64,000 bases of DNA from Takakia lepidozioides (taxonomy: Eukaryota; Plantae; Bryophyta). Under the pieces are notes generated by a model. The model had not been told where the DNA came from, ran no database searches, and saw only the letters and a list, made by a program, of their open reading frames with translations. Both the position numbers and the translations under genes were made by a program. This document shows positions 1-10,887 of the stretch, piece by piece. Positions within the stretch are counted from its first letter, which is position 1; every line of letters begins with the position of its first letter. Location of the stretch: positions 31,868,001-31,932,000 of the forward strand of contig CM060734.1 in NCBI GenBank assembly GCA_030704615.1, written 5' to 3'.

Positions 1-249
1 GTAGTCTATACCAACTATAACTCCCAGGTACAGAATAAGCGTTAGTACTTCACATGCAATGTATTGGCCAGTGCACACCACGTCATTCCCACCCAGGTCC
101 AATAGTAGATAACGACTACTGGACATTCACCAAACGTGCTTTGAAACAGATTCTAGACGCTCAGGTGTACAAGACATCCAAATCCTCACACACATAAATC
201 CATCCACAGCAGATAAATGAGCAGGTCCCACCCACCTGTGGCTGCCCTA

Positions 250-575
250 CTTCTCCTGACTGAAAAGGAATTATGTTGATGCAAATCCATTTTTTCCTGA
301 TAACCCCTCTGGACCGACACATCTGCGAACTTCAACCTCTGTCCTAGTATCCCCCTTGCAGAAAATCACAATGCAACCCTCCTCTTTTAGCAAGGAAGAT
401 GCCAGTGTCAATGCATGAGAACTATATCATTTGTCTTTGCATTCCAACCCGGAACAACATGGTCTCTGCCAATCCCTATCACAAATTGTCCATCATGGAG
501 ATCCACTAAAACCAAGTCTGCCGGGCTGCTTTGGTTGACAACATAACACCCCTAGGGACACGGTGGACAAGGTCT
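250..575 (-). pseudogene. Degenerate exon resembling an N4/N6 DNA methyltransferase-like fold; part of the gene interrupted by the 584-10887 insertion
   Basis: Manual minus-strand translation with frameshifts gives ADLVLVDLHDG...VPGWN...HALTLASSLLKEEGCIVIFCKG...KKWICINIIP. The sequence joins across the TSD to minus-strand coding-like sequence at 10888-12211. Confidence 0.35.
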
Positions 576-990
576 GTGGAGCGCCCGGGGGGTGCACTCC
601 TCATTAAATGTACCAGCCACGTGCGTGCACAGGAGGGGGTATTTTAAACCCCCCCATGTACAACATTATACATACAGAGGGGGGTTTAAAACACCTTAAA
701 TATAATTTTACAGGAGGGGGTTGTTGAGTTTTTAGGGATAATGTAGTGGTAAGAATGGCGATTCCGCCGCGATGCATCCCGGGATCGAATCGTGGAATCG
801 TCGTTTTGTATGTTTGTTTTTTTTTTTTTTTTTTCGCTCCACGATCTTTCTCCCCTGACCTCCCGCGGCTTTCTCTTTTCTTTCTCCTCCTCTCCCGCGT
901 TCGCCTTCCCTTCCGCGGGCTTTCTCTTTTTCCTCCTCTCCTCTCCCCTCCTCTCCACAGGGCATGGTAGGACAATGTGGTGAGGGCACC

Positions 991-3974
991 AGAATGTGTG
1001 AGGGCACTGACTTGGGAGAAGGTTTGAGGTTGTGATGTATGTAGAGGGCAGGAATCAAAGGGGATGAAGTAAGTGCGCGGGAATGTGGGGCAGGCCTGGG
1101 CTGATCGGTGATGATATGCGGGTGTGGTGGCGGATTGTTGTGCAGCAATGACAGGAGGACATGGGCATCAAGATTCCCAGTCATCAGAGTTAATGAGCAC
1201 ATTAGGCCTATTTTCTTTCCTAATAATGATTGGCGTGACACAATGGTTGTACTCACTGTATCAGGCCTATTCTCATCCTTATTGAATCCAAACAGCCAGA
1301 GGGACAAGATGCCCCTAAGTGTACAGAACTTGAACGTCCTGAATCTGAAGGATTTGGTACTCAAGAGTTTACACAAGACGAGCAAAATCTACACATGGGG
1401 TAACTGTCCCCCCTTTGCAGAACGGTTGGGCGTCCAGGAGCAATCCCAAGCTACCTAGACGACAAACAATTCACATGCAAAGGGCTGGCTTGCGGCTGGC
1501 CACTTTCAACTTCTCAGGGCTTACTAACCAAAGGAAACAACTCGAAGTGGGACAAGTCCTTCGGACTAATGATATTCATATATGTGCTGGGCAAGAAACA
1601 TGGGAAACTTCGGATAAACTGGTTGGAGATGTCAATGGTTATAAATGGGCAGGTAGGATGTGTACTCTCAAGGCAGCCTCTGCCAAACGCGGTCAAAAAG
1701 GGGTTGGATTCTTTGTCCGTGATTTCTTGTTTGATAATTGTGAGATTATCAACAAGGGTTTGAGGTACGAACATAGTATCTGGCTAAAACTGAATCTGAA
1801 GGGCGGCATGAGTACGAAGGACCTCTTTGTGGGTTGTGTTTACATGCCCACAGAGGGGACCCTTAGTGCTGACGCAGACAAAGCCTTCGAAGATGTAAAG
1901 CTGGACTGTGCTTCGTTCCTTGCCAAAGGTCAGGTAGTGCTATTGGGTGACTTCAATGCCCGGGTGGGCAAAGGGCTCCATCAGGACGATATCATTGGGC
2001 CTTTTGGTGAGGACGAGCCCTCTATAAAGAGTGCTGCAATTTGAAAACCAACAGAGAATTGTGGGCGAGGTACTATCAGCTCCGGAAAGATATCAATCAG
2101 CTTGTTAGGTCTCAGAAGAAATTATACTGGGATAAGTTATACAGTGAAATAAACTCAAACCACCATGGTGGTAATGACAAGAAATTATGGTTGGCCCTTC
2201 AACGTTTGTACAAGCCTAAAAACGGTTAGCAAGTACAAGCGCTGAAGACTACTAAAGGTGCAGTGGTGACTTCATCGGTTGACATTGTCAAAACCTTTGA
2301 AAATCACTACAGTATCCTTGGCAGAACTTCTAGGTCTAACAGTGAGGGGTCTTCTGCTGAATGGAGGGACACAGTTGGAAAAATTGTTCCTATGATTCAA
2401 AACAGCCCTGATGAACTGGAGTATATTTCAATGGCTTATAACGCTCCCATTAGTTCTTCTGAGATTGTGGAAGCAATTGAACATTTAAATGGATATAAAG
2501 CTGGTGGACCTGATGGTATTGTCAACGAGCTTATCAAGCACGGTGGCGATCCCATGATAGAGGCCCTAGTTCTCCTCTTTAACCTTATCTGGAAGACTGA
2601 AATGATCCCCTTTCGTTGGCGACAGGGGGTCATTGTTAGTCTATACAAGAAGGGTGACAGAGAAGAACCGGGGAACTACCGTGGCATCACACTCAGGAGT
2701 AGATTAATTGCGCGAAGAGATACTTTGATCTTTGGGGGCTAGAGGCTAATGTCAGCAAATGTGCAGTGGTAGCATTCAACGACAGAGGAGAGGGAGGAAG
2801 TGATCTTAAGTGGCAGTGGGGTAGCCAAGAGATCCCGGTCCTCCCTTCCTACACTTACCTGGGCGTTGAGTTTTCCTCCAATTGTAATTGGGATGCACAT
2901 ATCCGGAAAGTTGTTCGAACTGGCAAGGGCAAAGCTCTGGGGCTCACTAAATTTTTCCACTGCAGAGGGGTCATCTCTGAGGTTAAGAAAACCATGCTTT
3001 GTCGCGTTATTAGACCTCCCTTGGAGTACGGATCTGCTATATGGGTTGATAACTCCAACCAGGCTAAGTCTCGAGAATCCATTCAAGTGGGGGTGCTTAA
3101 GGAGTGTATGTCAGCATGCTCCAAAACAGACAATGTGGCTGTTCGGGGTGAGTTTGGCATTCCATCCTTAAGCTCCCGACGAGATGAATTTCAAGGTCAG
3201 ATGGTGGGGTCAGCTGCAACATATGCCCAACACCAGATATCCTAAGTTGATTGACTCTGTATCTTGGAAACATGACCGCCCTGTCAAACAAGCTAAGTCC
3301 TGGCAGAAGAGAGTAGAAAAGATTCTCAAGGACCTGGACCTGGATCCGCAAGTCTTGACCCTGCTGGATAAATCTGCCTTAGAGGCTATAGTGTCTGAGG
3401 CCATGTCTGTTGCCATGAGATTGTCTGATGAAAATGAAGTTAGGCAGAGAACTTCCCTGAACTTGTTTCCAGTCAGTGACATGGGGGTGGACATCTTGGA
3501 TGACCTCAAGGGTCTACCCACTCTCGGCACTAGACTGAAATTTAAACTCAGGGCAGGAAGCCTACCTTTGAACAGCAAACAGAAGCAGAGAGGAAAGGGA
3601 GGGTGCAATTGTCCGTTGTGTGGGCAATACAGTATTCATTTTCTGATACGCTGTCCGGGTTCTCTCACCAAAGAGAGGCTCTCTTCAATTCTATCAAGGG
3701 AATTGTGCCTGTACCCCTGTTTACCAACTTTGAAAGTCTCGAGGCTGAGCCAAAAGCCCAGGCCCTCCTGAGGCCTAGTTTTTGGGCAAATCACACACAG
3801 CAGATTGATGCTTGTGTGAAGGGTTTTCTAGAGGATATCTGGAAAACCCGGATTAATTCCTTATACGATGGTAAGTCTTACTACCAACGTCAGCCCTGTT
3901 CCTTTTGTTCCCACTGAAACTGGGCGCGGGGTCAATGGCCACAAGGCTACGGCAAACAACGTCTTATGAGTACA
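991..3974 (+). mobile_element. Internally deleted non-LTR retrotransposon (APE endonuclease, partial RT, CCHC finger; RTE/RTEX-like)
   Basis: APE motifs LATFN, AGQETW, GVGFFV, VYMP, LGDFNARVG (1415-2044). RT start KAGGPDGI...YKKGD...GNYRGITL (2263-2742). YTYLGV and RPPLEYGSAIW; C-terminal LKFKLRAG...CPLCG..HFLIRC. The RT core (YADD region) is deleted; the 5' boundary is approximate. Confidence 0.88.
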
Positions 3975-4486
3975 ATCTCATCCTTATCATCCCTCGCCTT
4001 TTGGAAAATTCCAGCCATAATTGGTTGTTGTACTTAACTGCACGAATGTTCCATTTTCTGTTGGAATGAGCCGCACGTCCTTTCCATGCTGACATACCCT
4101 TTCTTCTTCCTGCAGGATCCTTTGCCCAGCCCTGTTATTTCTATCATTTGTGCCATCATCTTGGCGTTTCCACAGCCTCCCCTCATTGCCAGTGAAGTGT
4201 TTCTTTCTCTTCCCTTTGTCTTTAAAGACACTCCAACTGTTAGCTGCAGTACCCTTCGCTGATTTCTTATTGCCTTTGACCTCATGTATGTTTTCAATCA
4301 TGTTTGAAGGGTGATCACTTGCTGCCATATGCATGACTGTGTCCTTGACTGCTTCTCTTGTCTCAGTATGATGTTTAATTGTTGTCATGTCAGGCTGTGC
4401 TCAGCTGCACCGTGGTGTCTTCAAATGGATCAATTTTTCAGACACGGTCTTGCCAACTGAATGATGCAGGTTTACTTGGGAGAGTG

Positions 4487-5097
4487 CACTCCCCCTTTCC
4501 TCTCTGCTTCTGTTTCATGTTCAAAGGTAGGCTTCCTTCCCTGAGTTTAAATTTCAGTCTAGTGCCGAGAGTGGGTGGACCCTTGAGGTCATCCAAGATG
4601 TCCTCCCCCATGTCACTGACTAGAAACAAGTTCAGGGAAGTTTTATGCCTAACTTCATTTTCATCAGACAATCTCATGGCAATAGACATGGCTTTGGACA
4701 CTACAGCCTCTAAGTCTGATTTATCCAGCAGGGTCAAGACTTGCGGATCCAGGTCCAGGTCCTTGAGAATCTCTTCTACTAAACACCTTTTGATCTCAGT
4801 CCAGAAAGTGGTCAGAGGTACCAATATCAGTTCTGTCGATCAACACATTGGCACACTGGGGGAACAAATTTTTGTCCATTATGATATAGTCCACAATGGA
4901 ACGTTCCCCAGTTTGGGATTTCTCACGAGTCCACTGCACTTGGTCACCTCTTGTCTTGTTAATCAAGGTCAAAAGCTGAAGCTCTTCCAGACAGTTAATT
5001 AACCGTCTGCCATTAGAATTCAGCTCGTCCTCACCAGAAGACCCAATGATATCGTCCTGATGGAGCCCTTTGCCCACTTGGGCATTGAAGTCACCCT
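4487..5097 (-). mobile_element. Second, inverted deleted copy of the same LINE family (endonuclease end fused to C-terminal region)
   Basis: 4487-4780 is the reverse complement of ~3310-3605 (EILKDLDLDPQVLTLLDKS...LKFKLR). 4796-5097 encodes GDFNAQVGKGLHQDDIIG...NGRRL...VDYII...SDHF. Confidence 0.88.
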
Positions 5098-5109
5098 ACA
5101 ATAGCACCA

Positions 5110-5960
5110 CAGAGATGAAGAGAAGCTTTGGAATGAGACACTTTTCTGACCCCAGTCAATGGTGGGACAATGTGGGTGGATGGTCAACTGGAAACAGCAG
5201 CGGCAACAGCGCAATTGATAAAGCAAGGCACTGCTGATGAAAGGTACCTTCTTCAACGTATTTCAGCCTGAGGGCACCTTCTGGTTTGACCTGTTTCAGC
5301 CTGTTTTTCCCTCTCATCAGACTCAGCCCTGAAGCATATGTATTGAATTCTGTAAGTTAGCTCGTTGGGTGGATCTGCGGTGCTCTGGAGTGACTTTGCA
5401 AGTTGCTGCCGAGGTGGTAGCATGACAGTACCTAAAAAAAGATAATAGATAGAACAAGGGACTGCTAATGAAGGTACCTTCTTCAACACATTTCAGCCTG
5501 TTTTCCCTATTATCAGAGTCGTCCCTAGATTTCCAGATGGCGGATTCCAAGCTCCAGATTACCTATGATTCCATGTGGAATGATAGCTACAAGAAACCTG
5601 GGTAGATGGTCAACTGGAAGCCACAGTAGTAGCTGCAGAGGCATGATGTACGCATTGTTAGTGTGGAGGGAGGGGTAGCTGTTGATGCAGGGAGAGGATC
5701 GTGGGTGCAAAATCATCCAAGAGGGCCAGATTTGGAGCAAGGAACAGCGCTGGCAGGAGTTCTATAAATTTGATCCACAGCGGTGGGACAATATTGTCAA
5801 CAAGGTGAGCTTTCTTCATGCAACATCGTAGGGAGTTTGACAGAACTTTGTATTTAAATATGTTAGTGTGGAGGGAGGGCTAGCCGCTGATGCAAGGATG
5901 GACTGTGGGTTCAGGATCACCCAAGAGGGCTACCAGCAGTGGAAGTAGCAGCATTTGGTC
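5110..5960 (+). other. Captured host-gene fragments encoding OSB-type PDF motifs, inside the P-like element
   Basis: Manual translation: KLWNE-FSDPSQWWDN (~5123-5171), ITYDSMWNDSYKKP (~5558-5600), NHPRGPDL (~5711-5734), QRWQEFYKFDPQRWDNIVNK followed by a GT donor (~5745-5806). Confidence 0.7.
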
Positions 5961-6173
5961 AATAGCAGCAGCAAAAATTAACAACATCAAACTCATCAAT
6001 CAGGTACTTGCTTCTGTATACATTTCATCCTCTTATGAACGTAGTTCCTACTTGGACAGCCTATAGGGTTGTATAAAACAGGACTTTGGAACCTTCCAAC
6101 CCGGGTGCTTTGTTATTGGTCTATCAAGGTCTGATTTGAAATGTTTTCATTGCATTTTGCAGGTGAACTCATC

Positions 6174-9100
6174 ATGGAAGAAGAGTTGGAAGTAAAAGTC
6201 CTGCTTGTTGGAGGAGATGCATCACCAAACAGGCTTGGTTCTGTGTTCACTATGCAAGGTGTCACATACAAATGCATCCGAGCAGAAATTATAGGTGATG
6301 AGCTTGTCTCAGCAAAATTTCATTTCTTTCCATGGGGGGTAGTGTCCTTTCAGCCAAGCAAGAAGAGAGGATGGTTCTGAAAGGGGATACTGTACACATT
6401 AAGATTTCAGACCAAAATGATGGGGACCAAGGATTGAAAAGACCTCTATCTTCCAGTGGTTCTACGATCTTGCATGAGGACAGACCAGGCGAGGACCCGG
6501 CACCAGTGTCTACCAAGATGAGGATGGACCCTGATACACCCTTTGTTGGCGATGGTGGAAATGAAGACCATGCACATGAGCATGCACTTCAGCAGAGATC
6601 TGGTAGATTGTGCAGCACGTTGGCTACATCCAACGATATTCAAAATGGCAGAAAGAGATTAGAGCCGTTGAAAGGAAAATCTCTGCAGAAGGACGATGTG
6701 ACAAGTTTGAGCTGATGACAAAGGATCAACAAGGACAAGCAATGTTCCACATATGGTGTGTTGAGTGTGAGGATGTTTATGCACGGTCTGGGAAAAACAA
6801 ACCATATGATGCATGTGCAAACTTTATGAGATCTCATTTGAGGAGTGAGGGGCATCGCATAGCCTATGAGAGGCGTCATGGGAAGGGTTCATCACAATGT
6901 GTCATCAGCCCTGTAAATGCAGATGAAGCATTAGACGCAAAGAAGAAAAGGGTGAAGGAGGCATTAGAGGAAGTCGCTCGGTTTTGTGAGGACAATCCTG
7001 GAAACAGATTTGAGATTGTGGAAGCCACAATTGGAGACTATTCGCAGTTGGGTTCCATAAGGATTAGGTGCCCACTGGATTCGAAGTGGCTACTCTTGTT
7101 TCCAAGGACAGGTTCTTTGCAATCTTCTTTGACAGAGCATGTGAAAGGAAAAACTCATGTCGATGCAGAGATTTGCCAGAAGGTTGGAAGTAGTGAAGGA
7201 CCTTGCAAAAAGAGAGGAAGGCCTCCAAAGCCTATGATTGCCAAAGATGTAAAGCAACGGGATCTAAGCTCTTTCTTGGTCAGTCAACCTGTGTTGCCGT
7301 CCCCACCACTTGACAATCCAATTGTGGCATCAACAATGGGAGCATCCTCGTCACAAACTCCATACGCTTGTGTTGACGCTGCCCAACGGGGAGATCTGAT
7401 CGAGGATTGACAATTACAGCAAAGGTCCCAATGCAACAAAGGAAGAGACAAGTTTGTGTTGGGGCCTATGGGATGAATGGTGGGAGTACAACCAGCAGAG
7501 AATAAGTCTGAAACCATTCCTTCAAGATAGCAAGGGAGGAAAGAAGTGGTATGTCGAGCCGTTGACAAATGCAACCATCACTCTAAACAATCAAGAGCAT
7601 AAGGTTGTTGGTACGTTTCGGCACGCGGATTGTTTTAGAGTGTCATTGGATGGGGAGCCATTTCCAAACTTGAGATGTTCAGCATGTTCTTCCATTCCCT
7701 TGGAAAATGACTTCAGAATGAGGGTATATAGAGAAAGAGGTGCCATGGAATGTAGAGGGGAGAGAGATACTGGCAAGGGAAGAAGGTTGTCATATCTTGG
7801 AAATGCGGAGATTGTCAAACAAGTTTACAAAAACAGACAGGAGTTGAGGCAGTTGAGGTTCAAATTGTGGGAGGCCAGGACCAAAGTGGCATCATTGTCT
7901 GTGCGATGTAGGAGTTTGAAGGAGTCTGGGATTGAGGCAATTGAAAGAGGAGATGTTCTCAAATTTTGTCGTGATATTGTTGATGCACATAGGAGGGGGG
8001 ATTTTGAAGGAAAAGAAAGTTTGTGGGATTTTCTTGTTGATATGGGCAAGAATATTGACAGGTCTCCACAAGGGAAGAGGTATGGTACTAGCACAAAAAC
8101 AATGTTTGAGACTGTGCAGCTTTGGGGGGGTCCGAGATTGCATCATTTTTTGGCTTCAAATGTGGGGGGTCCTTCTATTGATACTACAAGACGGTCTTTG
8201 AGGAAAGGTTTGAAGTATAGAGCGGGAGAAACGGATGATATATTTCAGCATGTGGCTGGAATTTACAGAGATGTGATGGAAGATGCAAATATTCCATTGG
8301 GAAGCATCCCAGTGATGGTGGCCGAAGATGAAACTGTTGTGAAGCGATTGGTACGTTGGATTGCTAGGGATGACACCCTTCTCGGGTTTTGTGGGCTTCA
8401 AGACAACCATGTATGTATTTCAAATTTTGTGGTGCAAGTGGGAGAAGGGGAATCAGGGTACCAACATATTGTGGAGGCATTCAAAAACAATGTGGTTGCC
8501 CATTATGCTAGAGTGTTGATAGCAAATCCTCTACATGTACGGTTACCTCGATTGGTATTGGTAATCCAGCTCACTTGCAATAGATTTGACAACAATTTTG
8601 TGAGATCACAATGGGAAGTGGTGAGACAGTTGTGGGACAAATATGTGAGGGACGTGGTTGGGCCTATAATTGGGCATGCTTCAGACGGAGATAGTAGGAG
8701 GAGAAAAGTGATGTTAGAAGATTATGCCAATGGGGCTGGAAATAGATTTTGCATCCCTTGGGAAGGATGGTTGTTTACAGGTCGAGTGTGCAACGGGGGA
8801 GATATATACGGACTCCATGATCAGGACTTCATCCACAATGGGAAAAAATTGGTAAATCCCTTGGACAGTGCATCACGGACTTTGGTGTTGGGTGATGAGG
8901 TTGCTACATTGAATCATGTGTTATTGGTCTACCATTCATTTTCAATGGACAAGCATGGACTTCGGGAATGTGATATCAAAAGAGAAGATCGACAGAATTG
9001 GGCAGCAGCTCAACGACTGGCATCTCGGAAGGTGCAAGCTTGTTTGAGGGAGTTACAATCAATGTGAATCATCGAAGAGAGAGGACCAAAGGTACTGAAA

Positions 9101-10584
9101 TTTACCTATACATCATTTCATGCTACATCGACATTTTTTTGTCTCCTCACATGTCATTGTGTGAGAGGGTACAATCTGCTGCGAAGGTATCATTTTTTTT
9201 CAGATTGTGGAAGTTGTGGCTATTCCAGCACGAGGTGTATAATCTGAAATCCTTCTTCATTAGCAGGGAAGCATACTTGGATTTACAAATTTCATGCCAC
9301 TATGTGGTTCTACTTATCAAATTGTTCAAGGATAAGTTTAATCATGTGCAAGTTCCTTTGAGCCTTGTTGGTTCAGATGTGTGTGAAATATTCTTCAGCA
9401 AAGTGGGAGGTATGTCACGGAATGAGAGGACATATGACGGGTGTGATTTGATTGAGAGTGCGGGAGCATTAACACGCATATCCGAGTTCGAGGCGAATCC
9501 AAAAGGACCCAAGTTCTCAATAGCTCACAAGAAACAAGAACACATATGGTCTTCTTTGGAGAAGAAGCCAGGTATCTCCCTTGCTGATTTGTCCGACTTT
9601 TCTACTGTCCAATCAGATGATTGCATTGTGGAGGCTTTGAAAACTGGATTTCTAGAAGCGCAACTTTTATGCCATAAACTTGGGATGAAACCAAACAAAG
9701 CAACAAACTTGGATTGGTGGAATGAGCCATGGACAATTGAGAGACAAATGGAGGTCGAGCTATTCAAAAGCATGGAAGAGGAGGGTGATGATGTCAATGC
9801 CATAGATTCTATTTGTCCTCTTAATGCAGACACACATATTCAAAATGAGGTCGTGGAAGATGAATTGGTGTGCGGGCCTTCGAATTCAATGGAGGATGTT
9901 TTGAGCCAACCTTTGGATGATCATGCGGAAGAGGTACTTGTTCAAAGTGAATTGAGACATACTCTGGATGCTGTCATTGATGAGTTTGAACAAGAGAAAG
10001 ATGGATCGAAGGCAGTGGTTCCATTTGTCAAAGTAGACGGGAAGACCATATTCAAAAGCACTTTGGTTAGCCAACTCAATGGCAACCCTACTCTATCCAA
10101 GGATAGATTGACACGAGTAAGAAGTGCATCGATGTTGTTTTGCCGAGAAAACAAACCAACTACCAGCAACAAAGCCACGAGCTTGGGATTGGGTTCGGAT
10201 TGTGCTGTATTTTTTGTTGATGGGGAGACTGCGATCCAAACTACAAACAGGAAAGGTAGACCAGGAAAAACCTGCAGATGAGCAACCAAAGACACTTGGT
10301 ATTTGGGCAGGGTTCAAAGAATGCGGAAGAAAATCAATAAGCGGTTTGTAGAATGTAGGGATTCTGTTGATTTATTGGAGCGTCATTCTCATATGGAGAT
10401 TGGGTTAGCATGGTACCAAAAAATTCGAGGAGGGGTCTATACGTACGATTTGACGGATAACATGATGGTTGATTTGGATTCCATTATCGCGTTAGCATGT
10501 TTAAAGTACAATGTCAAGTCAAACACATATGTTCTTGATGCAAATGACCGAAAAGTCTTTGACAACTTTATCAAAGGCAAATAA
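6174..10584 (+). pseudogene. Frameshifted P-element/THAP9-like DDE transposase with N-terminal zinc fingers and an AT-hook
   Basis: Consecutive ORFs 6141-6380, 6332-6715, 6610-7410, 7454-9067, 8998-10281 and 10303-10584 appear to be one broken gene. Motifs: AEDETV (D ~8327), ASDGD (D ~8684), QDFIHNGKK (DxxH ~8825-8836), EDRQNW, GSDVCEIFFS (E ~9385). Also CVEC...HLRSEGH and CPLD...HVKGKTH fingers and KKRGRPPKP. Confidence 0.72.
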
Positions 10585-10887
10585 TTTTTTTAATTAATTT
10601 GTTAGATTTTATTATGTTTTAAATGAATAAATTCGATATAATATAAAAACATACATATACATATTGGAGGGTTATTTTTAATGATGAAAAATGAGAATAT
10701 ACATACAGAAGGGGGTACTTTTCGAAAATTGTAAATTTTTGTATCTTTACAGGAGGGGATTTTATAATCTTCAAAAAGTATGTACAGAGGGGGTATAAAT
10801 TATCCAAGGACCCGTATACAGGGGGTTTTTTTATTAGGCGACGAACGCACGTGATACGCACAGTTTATAAAGAGTGCACCCCCCGGG

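Larger units (their letters stand above)
584..10887 (+). mobile_element. 10.3-kb TIR DNA transposon, P-element-superfamily-like, with nested LINE pieces and captured host fragments
   Basis: Perfect 16-bp TIRs CCCGGGGGGTGCACTC (584-599) and GAGTGCACCCCCCGGG (10872-10887). Exact 8-bp TSD GTGGAGCG at 576-583 and 10888-10895. Internal DDE transposase; ACAG(G)AGGGGG subterminal motifs at both ends. Confidence 0.92.

Noticed and set aside
736-805. Functional tRNA genes here and at 36345, 37488, 49634, 49955
   Set aside because: Only the A/B boxes are retained; acceptor stems and anticodon arms do not form canonical cloverleaves.
604-1385. Lys/Arg-rich ORFs (604-975, 686-958, 732-1385)
   Set aside because: Artefacts of T-rich and CT-rich low-complexity sequence in the transposon end.
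7454-10281. hAT or Zisupton assignment, since both make 8-bp TSDs
   Set aside because: No hAT dimerisation or TRWNS-type motif and no KDZ CxC/SWIM pattern seen; DxxH-xxKK and SDxxExFF fit P-like better. A profile search is still needed.
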